DNA of 64,000 nucleotides from assembly GCA_903813345.2 (NCBI GenBank), contig CAIIXF020000001.1:19034001-19098000 (forward strand), written 5' to 3'. The notes below the pieces were generated by a model that was not told where the DNA came from, ran no database searches, and saw nothing but the letters and a program-made list of their open reading frames with translations. A program made the translations under genes and the position numbers. This DNA comes from Owenia fusiformis (Eukaryota). How positions within the stretch are numbered: position 1 is the first letter of the stretch; each line of letters begins with the position of its first letter. This document shows, in pieces, positions 14,209 to 26,851 of the stretch.

Positions 14209-15863
14209 CACGGGGGATAAGCAAAACGAGGGCGAAGCCACGGACTGCGACTCGCGTAATTCAAAACGAGGTTACAACGCATTATAGCTGAACAATGGCG
14301 GTAAGTCCAAACTTAATTTGGAAGGCATGTTAGGATTTGGGGTAGATTATTGGTTTGGATATTCTACAGAATAGCTAGTATGTTCCAGTCGGTGATCAAC
14401 ATATTCATACTCCACCTGCAATGGCATTCTTGGTGCTCGGCTGTCCAATAGTTTAGCATGAACACAAATGAATTCGAAATCTGCCACATAAAATGTAATT
14501 TTGTCAATATTTGTCCCTAATATACCGATTTAAACAAAGGAATCATAAATGACATCGAATTAATATAATTATTCATGTTCTGTTGTTACAATTACATCTT
14601 CGTGTGATATTTGGTAAGCGGAAAGCGTACAATTACATAGAAAATTGGAATTTATAATAGTCGCAGTCCATCCATCTGCCCAACGCAGTCCGCGGCTCAG
14701 TGTTGCTTAATATCTGAAGCTGAACGCAATCACAGCCAAAGGTAGATAGCACAATGTGTGTACAGGTGTGGCCAAAATGGAGCAACTTTGGACAAAATTG
14801 AATATAAAGGGCTATTTTAATAGACCTACATCGTGTCTCAATCCATTCTGCAAATATATACAAGCTGTCAAATACAGCTGAAATCATGAATTTATGGTAG
14901 CTAGCAATATTGATGGACTGTTGGAAAGATCATCCAGAATTACATTAACTCACCAACTCTCCAATTATTTGATATTTTCCTGATATCTTAAATACTACAT
15001 TCCCCAACAGCTTTTATTGCATCATCAAAAAGTTAATTGTTTCGCATTTCTACTTCTTATAAAAAGTCTCACCACTATCCAATTATCTATATATTTAACC
15101 CTATCCACAAATTGGTTTGTAATAAACATATTACGTTGTCATCTTGCGCTCGACTGTTCTGCCAAATACGCTATTGAATTGCCATATTTCTAGGTCTTAA
15201 ACGATACAATATAGCAATTTGGGACATTGGTTCAGGTAATAGATATATGTTAATCAACGTAACTTTGAATGATAATCTGAATGCTGACTTTCTTTTCCTG
15301 AAACAATAATAGCGTAGGAATATAGTTTACACTATCTTATTTATTTCGTGTTCGCGGCTGGACTGCGTTGCTTAGAATATCAATGGAGGCTGTGTTGCGT
15401 TGTTGAAATAGCTTTGTTTACTGGACTGCGACCACTATGAATGCGCAGTTTGAATCTAATTTTCTCCTCATGAACACATTCTATTATCAAATCATTTTCA
15501 CGAATTATACTCGGAGCCTCAACTAACCTTTAGATATCAGAAACGTGTTAAAACTCCTTTCAAATGTATAGTAAATTAAATAATATGCACATATTTTACA
15601 GGTAAAATCAGAACTTTGCTACTGTTTTAGCTTGATCTGGACAACTGCTTATTTTCTTATCTACAGACCAACAGTAGATACAGAGTAATATTTTGGTCAC
15701 CGATTAGACACTACGATAGCATTTAAAATACTTGGATTTCTCTATTTTGTCGGAAGAAGCAGAAGGCACTGCCGGATGTCCCTCCATTTTGGCGCTGGGC
15801 TGCGGTGTAAAGTTACGCGAGTCGCAGTCCGTGGCTTCGCCTTCGTTTTGCTTATCCCCCGTG
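14209..15863. mobile_element. Non-autonomous DNA transposon, 1655 bp, 51-bp TIRs, 5-bp TSD (CAC...GTG ends, Transib-like signature)
   Basis: TIRs 14209-14259 and 15813-15863 with 1 mismatch; AATAT on both flanks (14204-14208, 15864-15868). Confidence 0.8.
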
Positions 15864-16167
15864 AATATATCATATCATGACAAATAGTGAAATGATGAGT
15901 AAGAGATATATCTTTGTATATCTGTGCTTTTGATGTACACCCTATCAATATTATCACCAATCAAATTCCAATTCATCAACTTTTCACTATCTAACCTTTC
16001 TACATTACCGCTTAATTGCAGAGAACATCTATCACATTCAGTTGAGGAGATATCAAATAATATCTTCAGAAAGCTTGAATTTCAATCTCTGTGTTTTTGC
16101 TTATTAGTGACAAAAAACTGCTTGCTTAAATATAAAGCCTCGTGTGCAGAACATTTAGCAAGCATTC

Positions 16168-16336
16168 CTTCCAGCTCGCTGATTGGTTAAGAAAACGTCA
16201 GCATGGTAGATTTGAAATGATTTATGACCAGGGCTGTCATGGGTACCAGTCGTGGGGATGGGGCTGTTAGACTGCAATACAGTCTATAGTCCATTCTAGG
16301 CAGAGGTTAGTTTATAACCAGACTGCGCGCAGGGTA
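16168..16336 (+). mobile_element. TACCC...GGGTA repeat family, partial copy
   Basis: ctgattggtt...tttgaaatgatttat...ctaggcagagg.tagtttataac...cagggta, homologous to 17596-17829. Confidence 0.7.
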
Positions 16337-16693
16337 GCAGCTCAGTTACAAGCTTGACAAAGTTTCTGGTTTGTATAAGGGAATGGATAAGAAATTATGA
16401 TATTTGGAAGAATGCTGGGCAAAACATGATAAATGATAAATTCAAAGACTTCCATTCCAATAAACCTCCATTCATATTGAATTTCTCTTGATCGCACCTA
16501 CTCCAACTCTCAGTTCATCATGACTCGACACAAGTGGCAAACATACTTGAAAACAATTATCAATTATCAGTTAGATTTTTTGGAGCAAAATGACTGATTA
16601 ATTGAGTTAGTGATTTATAGTACCATCAATAATTATTTTGTTCAACTAAGGGAAAATTCTGCTAAGAATGAATTGGTTATTCAACTGGATGAT

Positions 16694-16845
16694 TACCCTG
16701 CCCGCAGTCTAGTTATAAGCTACCCTCTGTCTAGTATAGACTATATTACAGTTTAGTAGCCCCACCCCCATGACTGGTGCTCGTGACAGGCTGCGTCATA
16801 AATTATTTCAAATTACTGCACTGACCTCTTCTCAACCAATCTGGA
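16694..16845 (-). mobile_element. TACCC...GGGTA repeat family, inverted partial copy
   Basis: Reverse complement of about 16170-16336. Confidence 0.7.
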
Positions 16846-17595
16846 ATGTCACATGTGCTGGAAGGAACACGTGCTAAATGCCCACTCATTAACTATGCAA
16901 TGACATCAGAAGAAATAACCATATATAGAAAGTGTCTATATTCCAGCGACGAACTCTGATTGAATCCCTACCAACTCACTACTATACTATACTTCTGTAG
17001 ATGTTGTAATAGCGTAACAATCTCAAATGAAACTGTTGTGGCCTTTTGCAGAAGTTGAAATTTGAAATATATGTTAGCTTTAATTCATGGTTAGAAAATG
17101 TAATGTTATATTTTTCTAATCATAAAAACAATTTCTATTCAAGCATAAGATGGATCAAAGAATTTTCTTATCTTAAGAGGGATGACACAGCATAGGATAT
17201 GAGCACTACCAGAACCAGATGATTAACTGTTTTTCAATACCAAATTCAACCTTATTGTATTTAGATAGCAATTTTTGAGACCTGCCGATCATAAATCAAT
17301 GGTAACAAAGTATCTTTAATGTTTTTACCAGAAAGCAAGAATATTATATATGCATTATGAATTGAAAAATCCACAGAGATGTTTACCTAAACAAACAGAT
17401 ATTGTGATAGATTAGCTCTAATCTAGATATTGGTGATGATTTATCATTCTCTTTTGTATATATTAAGCCCAGAATTATTCTGACACCATTGTGATATATT
17501 GTTTACACACATGGCTAATCAATAACAAGTAAAATTGCAGTGTCATTGATGCACGTCATGGTGCTTCACAAATATCAGACAACAATACTGCCAGG

Positions 17596-17829
17596 TACCC
17601 TTAGCATTCGTTCGACTGCACTTCTAATGAGAGCTCCGTCTTCATTCTTTCAAGTTATAATAAATCTCTGATCTCACTGATTGGTTGAAAAAGGGTCAGC
17701 TTGGTAAATTTGAAATGATTTATTACTCGGACTATCACAGGCATCAATCTTTTGGGTGGGGCTGCTAAACTGTAATACAGTCTATACTAGGCAGAGGGTA
17801 GTTTATAACTAGGCTCTGTGTGCAGGGTA
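17596..17829 (+). mobile_element. TACCC...GGGTA family, 234-bp copy with 9-bp TSD
   Basis: Flanks ACTGCCAGG and ACTGCGAGG (8/9 identical). Confidence 0.75.
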
Positions 17830-18527
17830 ACTGCGAGGTGTTACACGCAACAGAATGCATGAATATCAGACCATATTAATGAGTGATTATATAATCACTA
17901 GCTAAAGCCTGGGTCTTCAGAAAGTGTAATTATCATTGCTTTCAGTTCCTTAGAGATAATATTCGGATTATTTACATTACCATCCATGAATAAACCAGAA
18001 ACCAACTACTGGAAAAGTGATGAGTATCATACCATTTCATAATATCATTTTTGGCATACTTTTAAGATGCGTTATAAAAAATGAAAAATGCTTATTTACC
18101 AAATGATCTACAGAAAAGTCCCTTCTTATGAAAAAATGTATATGACCTTCCAGTTTACCTTGACCACTGAATATGACCTTGACCTTCTACTGACCCAAAT
18201 ACAATAGTTGACAAAGTATCAGCATGACTATTTTTACTATTTAAAGATCTTTTGTAAAAGACCTGCACTCAGTCTTCATTTTGACCGATGGAAGATGAGT
18301 GAATGAAAATGAGAAGCCTGACCCTAATATTTAGCTACCTTACTAAGTATGGTATAACAAAATAAGAGCTAACAAATAGTAAACTCCAGAAAATGAGTAC
18401 TACAGCTGATTTTATAATTCCTGACATGATCTTAACCATCTCAAATGTAGCCTTAATGGACTTTTATTAGATTCAGTACTTCTTTGAAGTAATGTTTGTA
18501 CTTTTAGGCAGAAAATATGGTCGCATC

Positions 18528-18677
18528 TACCCTGTCCACAGAGTCTAGTTTTACACTATCCTCTGCCTAGTACAAAATATAAGAAAAGCAGCCCAGCTTG
18601 CAGAGTCAGAGATTTGTTGTAAACTGAAAGAGTGAAGATGAAGCTCTATGAAGTAAAGCCAATGAACCCAAAGGGTA
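18528..18677 (-). mobile_element. TACCC...GGGTA family, internally deleted inverted copy
   Basis: Both ends present; flanks GGTCGCATC and GGTAGCATG (7/9 identical). Confidence 0.65.
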
Positions 18678-20894
18678 GGTAGCATGTCTTCATAATATTT
18701 TGATAAGATACAAATCAGATCAAAGAATCATCTCCAATCTTAAGAGTGTAAGTCTTCTTGTGAAGGGTAGTTAATGAAGGAAATAACACATAGATATATG
18801 AGGTCAACGTCATGGAAATATCCAAGATGTACAGACCATGACATCATTTTTTCATATATAGCAGTACACCTAAATATTTTCTACTTTTATTCATGAGAGT
18901 CACCATAGCCTGCATCTAGAACACTTTTCATGTTAAATCAAACAAAAAACAAAATCATATTGAATTGATAAATTCTTACTTTTCAGAAAGTTTTTAGAAA
19001 TTTTTATTAGTTTACGAAAGTTAAGTTATTTTTCTAAGTAACTAAAAGGAAGATTGTTGAATGGTTGCGCGATCCTGCCAATGTCTTTAGTAAACAAAAA
19101 AAAGTGAAGTATTTTTACATTCAAAAAGTAAACAATGCTGACTACCATGTACATCTTATTCCTTTGATGATGATAAGGCTAACATGGCATACAGTTCTCA
19201 TTTTAAAAATATTGACATGACATTTCATGAAAGCCTTATCAGCAGCACACCTTAAGTCAATACTTTAGATAAACTAAAAGTTATTCTAACCTAAATACTT
19301 CACTTTAATGACAGTTTTCCCTCAAGGGAACATAATTCTAAAAATTAATGGTGTCAATCTATATATTATGACATTCACAGCTGGGATGAAAGTTAACTTA
19401 TAACAGCTATTTATCTTTCCATATGCTTACATAATATGTACCTGCTCTAAAGAAAACAAAATAGGCATCTATCTGAATCTGCATGCCAAGTTATCAATGA
19501 ATGTAAATTAAAAAGCCATGGAAAAAAGTTACTTTCTAAGAATGCATAGTTTTAACCACTTGACTGCCCTGTTAATACTTCAATTGGCATAATGAATATA
19601 TTCAATTGGCACAGAAAAAACTATTTGAACGCACTTATTTCGAATTTGACTCAAAAGATGTATTGATTTGGTTAAGCTACATTGTTGAAACTGACACACG
19701 CTTTATGTAATAATCAATTTACTAAAAGATTGGCTGGGTTTGAAGATTGAATTTAGGTTATTTTGGTTTCTAGATAGTTATTGTTTATGGCAGATGTTGA
19801 ATTTTCAACCAGTATCTGGAAGACTGGAACCCCTTAAAAAGAAATAACTGAAAATCATATTAAACATATAGACTCTATATTCTGTCTATAGTTTTTCTAA
19901 ATGACACAAGATATTTTAACCTATTTACAAAAGACAAACTTTATTAGATTCTCTCCATTTGTGCATCTATATATAACCATCCCTCTTCCTACAATATTTG
20001 GCAGAAGGTTCACACTTTAGATTTGACTGAGAAATGGGATTGAAAAGCTTTAAGGTATGGGAAGAGGTCATTTGTCACTAGACTTTTTTGCTGAAAGCCT
20101 TCCAAAAGTAACTGTCGTATAAATTCAAACTGTCGTACTTACAAAATGATCAAGATGCTCACCTATGCACCGTCGTACTTGTAATTATTAAGTAGCCATG
20201 AATAATGGTACGTACTTTACCATAGGTTTATTGGGCCTGCTTTTCAACATTTCGAAAAACAATTTCTACAGGGCTTTGTTGTTTTGATGTCACGTGACAT
20301 GGTTGAGTTCATATTATTTCAAAATGGGCCTTAATTATTTAGAATATTTTGTGTAGCGAGCTACTCAAGCAAAAACTCTGTCCAAAAAGAACCATTTTTT
20401 ATGAAAATTTGAATGAAGCTTTTACTGGTCCATCTGAGCATGGGCTCTACCACCTGATAGAGCCCATGATCTGAGTTTCTAATGAAACATTCAAGAGAAA
20501 CATTCAAGAGAATCAAGAAATGCTAAGTGGTATGCATAGGCACTATGCCAATATTTAAACTTAGAGCCAGTTTGAAACTTCGTCACTAATAATCACGAAA
20601 AAAGTCAAATGATATATTGCTCTTCCCAATATCTTAGCTCAACTGACAATTAGGAATAAAGTTACTGAACACAGCCGGCTCAAAAGCCAGCTGAGGGAAC
20701 GTTCAAATATACCCTCTTGTGAAGTGGTTTTCTCCAACTTCCAGCAGGCGCGCTGGAATAAGTAATGGTATTTAAGAAGATAATTGAATGTAACTTGCCC
20801 TTTTCATGATGCGTGGTGACAATAAGTTCTACTTGTTGTGTAATTTGCAGTAAAGTGGAGAAATTCCAGACCTGGAGCGTACCATTTTTGAATT

Positions 20895-21055
20895 TTTTGC
20901 GCATACATGCACATGCGCATTGTACTTAACATTTGCATGGGCATTGCCGCTGAAAGATCACTGTGACTATTCATATTTAGCTAACGCGAGTTATTTTGTA
21001 GCAAATCTTTACTTTCGAAAGTCACGAGATCTCGCGAGACCTAAAATGGCTGCAA
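20895..21055. promoter_or_regulatory. Promoter-like motif cluster A
   Basis: NRF1-like TGCGCAT...CATGCGCA (20898-20919), palindrome TCTCGCGAGA (21030-21039, the BANP-type promoter motif) and YY1-like AAAATGGC (21043-21050), with local CpG enrichment. Confidence 0.55.
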
Positions 21056-21448
21056 TCTAAATTCAAAAGTTTTGTTGTCTAATAGAACATTGATTTACTA
21101 CAACAACAGACTGTTGAAGGAACAAAATAAGGTAACAACAAATAAATTATGTATTGATTCAAATAAATAGCGTTTTATAAACGCTACTCAGCACAGCGTT
21201 TAGTCAAAATGGGCTTGATTTTTTCTCTTCAAGAATTTTCAATACAGCTTCCCAGAGCTGACAGAAAGCTCGGTAGAGTAAGAATAAAGCTAGATCTACA
21301 TACAGTGGGGGACAAAAATAAAACTCAACGTTCACAAGTTGTCACAATGAGCTAATTTCCAATTTTCGTGTCTCAAACTCTCCCAAGCGGTAGAAAAATA
21401 ATTCCCGTTCACTAAAGTAGCACAATAAATGAATCCAAAGCTTCATAC

Positions 21449-21660
21449 CTGCAAATAATGTATAAATCCCTACCAAATCGAATGAATGTTTTCATGAATC
21501 GCCATGTTTGTTATCCAAGGACGGTTGACTCCCAGAATGCAACATCAGATAACCGTATTTACTCATGACAGGTTTCAAAATGGCGGAACAGCATTTTGAA
21601 AGCTGGCACGTGTCATGTTGCATTCTGGGAGCCAATCCTCCGTTCCGGCGCAATCGGGCG
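21449..21660. promoter_or_regulatory. Bidirectional promoter-like cluster B with probable non-coding first exon on the minus strand (about 21449-21520)
   Basis: Perfect 17-bp inverted pair CTCCCAGAATGCAACAT (21529-21545 and 21615-21631; ZNF143/Staf-site-like core TCCCAGAATGC), divergent YY1-like motifs (21500-21510 minus; 21576-21586 plus), and minus-strand donor GCAG|GTATGA at 21448. Confidence 0.55.
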
Positions 21661-21758
21661 ACAAAATCACCTCAACATTTGAAGAGTCGGCATAACATGT
21701 GAATATCCAATTCAACTTTTGAAGTTCTTATTTGTCATTAGGGACACAAATTCCACTA

Positions 21759-23534
21759 CTCCTTGTTAACTGTTAAAAATAATAAGCACATAACTTCGAC
21801 ATATGAGTGTTACCTGATGAATGGGACCCTCACGTGCCTTCTAAATGGTAGTAAACGAACGCTAGTGTAACTACATCAGCTTATCTTTCTGTCCGATCAA
21901 CAATAAGTACAGTTATACAAGAAATGTAAACGAAGTGAAAATATTTCCAAAACTTTTCCGAAAGGCATGTCATTCCGGAAGTTATGATACGTTATGGTGT
22001 CACTACGGTTAATCATTGAAAAATATTGAAAAAATCACAAAATTCAAGTTCTGGTGTGAGGTTCCATATCCATCCGCCAAAAGGTATGACCCGATATAGT
22101 CCATTTAAAAATTTGTGGTTTTGTTCTAAATAACGCCATAGTTGGCTTCTAGGGTACCTAGTATGCCTCTATTTGGTATCAAAATAAAGAGGAGGAGTTC
22201 AACTTTCATTTGAATTACGAAAATACCGATGCAGGTCAAAATAGTTCCGGCGTGAGCATGTTTACTACGCGTTTGCCAATCATCTCAGAATTGAGGAAAT
22301 GGTAGCAAACGCGAGTTACAATAAATGGACGCTGATATCTCAAAAAGAATTAGCCCATACAATGACTATATTTTTGCAATCCCCTATACATAACCTTCAT
22401 CTTGACACTATATTTAACATAGGGTTTGTGTCTCGATTTTTAAATATCGCTACGCCAACATAGGGACTCATTTTTAGGTGAAATCCCTGCTTCCCCGATG
22501 AAAATTAATGAATAAAGTAGTTCCTGTTTAGGGGACCATATTCTTGAGATTTTTTTGCTAAAAATGGCACATTTAGAAAGTACTTGGCCTCAGCTTTACA
22601 TACATACCTCAAATGGCCACAGTACATACACTTACACCTACTATACACACCACTGAAGTTGGCATTGCTTCGTTTTTAAAGTATTAATAAAAAACACTTC
22701 CTACCCGGAAGTGATATTTACCGTAATAACACCTTATATTACCGAACATGGGTTTAAATGGAATGTTTTTTGATCGCATTATTACACCAAAAGTAGTGCG
22801 AAAATGGCCTTTTCACGGGTTGGCATAAAGTTTTGATGAAATTTAAAGACACAGTTCCTCCTTCACGTATATTATCTCATGGAAATGGGCATACCAGCGC
22901 AAAGATCTTCGTTCCGTGGTGAAGAAAAGCTATCAAACATTGTCTGAAGAGCAGATTTATCTCCGTAATTCAACTTTTAGCATGGCGACCTTGACCTTGA
23001 AAAAAATATAGCCATTTGGGCGATAATAGGTGATTCAAAAGTAAAAAATAGTGCTTTTTCGAAGTTTTACTTTTACCATGTCAACTTGATTTTTCAAGGA
23101 CATCCGCCTGATAGTTGTTGGGCCAAGTTTGATGGAAAATGGGCCTTGTTTGATATGCTGGCAGTGAGGTTGATTGTGGCAAGTAGTAAAACGGCAAACA
23201 ATGGTGGAGTCATACCCGATGCTTGGATGTTCGCATTTTATTTAGCTCTCGTAAAATGAACGAACAAAAGTTCTATTTTCACGCATGTTCGGTAATATAA
23301 CGTATCATCACTTCCGGAAATGACATGCCTTTCGGAAAAGTTTTGGAAATATTTTCACTTCGTTTACATTTCTTGTATAACTGTATTTATTGTTGATCGG
23401 ATGGAAAGATAAGCTGATGTAGTTACACTAGCGTTCGTTTACTACAATTTAGAAGGCACGTGAGGGTCCCATTCATCAGGTAACACTCATATTTCGAAGT
23501 TATGTTCTTATTATTTTTAACAGTTAACAAGGAG
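21759..23534. mobile_element. Non-autonomous Tc1/mariner-like DNA transposon, 1776 bp, about 237-bp TIRs, TA TSD
   Basis: About 21759-21995 is a near-perfect reverse complement of about 23296-23534; ends TA|CTCCTTG...CAAGGAG|TA; no long ORF. Confidence 0.85.
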
Positions 23535-24017
23535 TATATTTGGACTTACTAAGACGGAGAAAATAGAGCACTGAATACACTGAGGTAAGACTTTATTACA
23601 TGTGCGACAGCATGTAATTTTCATAGCTTTTGCAATTCTTTATGATCCCCACTGTACTTGTTGATGGCCCTTGATCACATGTGAAGAATATAGGAACCTG
23701 AATAAAACTAAATCAGTGAAGATACATATGCCAAATATGTGCCCAACAAGTTTTTATCATAAGAGCAAAGGGGGATTGAACTGCTAATTTCATAAATAAT
23801 TTGGCATAATGGAAATAATTTCATCTTGATTCTTCACACAATATTTTCTGCAAAATTCCGACCTGGCGACGCCCATTTATCCGTTAGATTTGACATACGT
23901 GAGGTATACTACACGCCAATTATGATTTAGATATGAAGAATTGCAATTAAAGAACAGTTTGGACTGAATAATGAAGTTATTCTGAGAGGAATAAGTGAGA
24001 AAAACAACAAAACTTAC

Positions 24018-24100
24018 CTAAATTTTAGCTCACTTCGAATTTTTAGTAATATTATTTTGATCGCCCTGCGCATGCGTGAGCGGAAATAAAATTTCCCGGG
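24018..24100 (-). promoter_or_regulatory. Promoter-like cluster C with possible short minus-strand first exon
   Basis: NRF1 motif TGCGCATGCG (24067-24076), ETS-like CGGAA (24081) and consensus donor TAG|GTAAGT at 24017. Confidence 0.45.
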
Positions 24101-26087
24101 AAAACTTAAATGGGGTCTCACAGAGACGCATTTGCGTTAATAAAACTCTTAGATTGATGCCTGGTGAATAACTTCAGTTTAGTGAGTCAAGGAGGAATGA
24201 TAATTGCATATATGAATTTTGCTCTCCCCTGGGCCTCTGATCTGTATCAATAATTAAGATCAGTCCCGCCTTTAAAGGGCATGGCGGATTGGGGCCATCA
24301 TGGGGCTTTCAACAGATCCATGAAATATTTAACCTCCTCACGGTTTCCCGCATATTCCAATTAGAAACATTTAATAAGAAAATGGATATCTTTGTTTGGA
24401 TGATTACGAGCACTAGCGAGGATTTCCCATGCCGGATATATCTAAGCGCCGGGTCAATGACGGTTCTGAGTCCAGTCCATGGGCTTTCAAACAGACCCAT
24501 TAAGAGGAGGAGGGCCAGCCGACATAATCCCCTTAGACTTAGACCCATTCCTTTCCTTGGTTGAGATCTATAAAATATATTTACATCATTTAGGCCTACA
24601 ACATAGCAGGCTAGCGACCCGAGGACTGAAAATATACCCCTCCCATAGGCGTGGCTGGAGGTTTACGATAGACCGACCACCGATGAATCCTGTGATCGGA
24701 GGATGGACCACCGACCACCGTGAGTTAAACATGAAAAGCGTAACATCGTAGTGGTCTGTAACGATGCCATATTTTTAAGTGATGTCTCAGTTGTTAGTAG
24801 AAGACCACTTTCATTCAGGTTAGTCCATTTGGATCATGTTGAGAAAACCACGTAACATAACATAATCATTAAGTTCAGTATAAAAAGAAAAAAAACTTAA
24901 AGTCGGTTTTTAAAATCACGTCGTCATCTTTTTTAAAGATTAAACGCAATGTTTTCTCAGTTGTTAAACGTCAATCTGTTAAATCTACATGGATATTCAA
25001 TATGACAAAAATAGCTTTCCAATGGTGTGCTTAAATTGTTAGTCACTTTTGATCCCTGGCAAGAGAACTCACGTATTTGTTAATCATTTTCATTAGAAAT
25101 ACGTAATTTTCATTCTGAGCCTACACCCCTAATACACACCAAACTAGTTCTCAACCGTTCTTTTCAGTTCTACAAAAAAACTCGTAAAACGGGGTTTTGG
25201 CTGTGGTCGGGAAATATGTCTAAAATAATTACAGTACTTCGTTCATAATTATCACAGTGTTCAATACGTCCATCGATCGCAGTTCGTTCATATCGCACCA
25301 TGTCGGTGTGCATCTTGGATTTCCAAGGTATAATGTTTTGAAAATCAAACTGAGAAACGAGTATGGTCGGTGTCCGATAGTACAACGTCGTTAACGCGTC
25401 CCTATTAGTATCGAAGTACGGCAATTACGGCCTAGTTGTCTCACGATTTAGTTACAGAACGGTATGGTCGCCATCGAATTTAAGTGATTCAAAATTCTAA
25501 ATCACCTTCCCGTCCAAACACGTTCATTAAGTATTCATTAAGTTCGTAAATAGATCATGGAAAGTTGTAGCTATGTTCATTCCACAGTTTAAAACCAGTT
25601 TGGCAACGTTTTTTAGAACGCAGGCAACTAGTTTGGTATGATAGCTATATTTTTGCTAACTCGTTCATAAGCAGTCTTTGATACGTCCTTAATCAGATTA
25701 AACTCGTTTGCAATTAGTTCTACCTAAAACGTTCCTACTAGGAGTGAAGTACGACGCGTTCGTAGTATGTCCAGCTCGTCTTACAGATGTTACGATCATC
25801 AGAAAATGGAGGACCTACCCGTTCGAGTACGTTAACCTAAAAATAAAGATTTCATTGTTGTGTATAATTGATAGGCTTACTATGATTGTTTTTGAACAGT
25901 TGGGGTTGTCCTTGTTTTGGTTGTGTTTTCGTTATATGATGAGGTTAAGATTGTGATTATTGTTGGACATTTTATTATACGATTGTATGGTGTTTTAACT
26001 AGAAATGATAATGAATATTTTTAGTCTTGCTTCAAGAATCAAGACTGTGAACCTCCCCCTTATTTCCTTCACCAACATAACGCACTT

Positions 26088-26155
26088 GAGAGGAGGTGCG
26101 TAAATGCACTTGCGAGGAGGTGCGTCAATGCATTCGTGAGGAGGTGCGTAAATGT
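26088..26155 (+). repeat. Short tandem repeat, about 24-bp unit x3 (gaggaggtgcgtaaatgcact)
   Basis: Directly visible. Confidence 0.8.
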
Positions 26156-26422
26156 GGGGGAGGGGCTTACAGGGGCTTGTCACTAGACTAGAATATTTTA
26201 TGCAGATCGTTCAAACTGAAAATGTATTCGTTATGAAATCGTGATTGCGTTTCATTAAATAGATAAGTTGTAATTGTTTTATCGAGTGGTTATTTAAGCT
26301 TTGCTGTTTTATTGCGCATTTAGGTTGTGATTATTAAAGTAAAGGTTATCCTTTACTTATTAAAACGTAAATGAATAGGAGCGAGATTGTGATTGAAAAA
26401 GAGCTGACGTTGTATCTCCAAG

Positions 26423-26851
26423 TGTGGGTGGAAATAAAAAAGGCAACATCAATTTTCAGAATTAATGCTATATATAGAAATTCATTATTAATTGCCTATT
26501 TTGCTACCCTTTGCATTCGTTCGACTTCACTTCCTAAAAGAGAGCTTCATCTTCAGTAGTTTATAACTCGACTCTGCGCGCGGGGTACTATTTTGCGTAC
26601 ACACAATCATGAATTTTTGAATTCAGATTTTGATTTGAATTTTTGGGGTTGTAATTGTGCTTTATTTGATTGAGTATGGCACATGTGGGTGTAAATAAAA
26701 AGGCAACATCAATTTTCAGAATGAATGCATATATTAGACATTCATTATTAATTGCCCATTTTGCGTACACGTAATCGTGTATTTTTGAATTCAGATTTTA
26801 ATTTGAATTGTTGGGGTTGTAATTGTGTTTTTATTTGATTGAGTATGGCAC
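26423..26851 (+). repeat. About 170-bp tandem duplication, first unit interrupted by an 83-bp insertion
   Basis: gtgggt..aaataaaaaggcaacatcaattttcaga...tttatttgattgagtatggcac occurs twice. Confidence 0.85.
26505..26587 (+). mobile_element. 83-bp minimal TACCC...GGGTA element with perfect 9-bp TSD
   Basis: CTATTTTGC at 26496-26504 and 26588-26596; both termini match 17596-17829. Confidence 0.85.

Noticed and set aside
24230-24770. GC-richer patch with overlapping ORFs on both strands
   Set aside because: No recognisable domain or consistent splice sites; probably a repeat fragment, unassignable without a search.
25130-25840. CpG-rich segment suggestive of a transposon fragment
   Set aside because: I could not find TIRs, a TSD or a second copy in the window.
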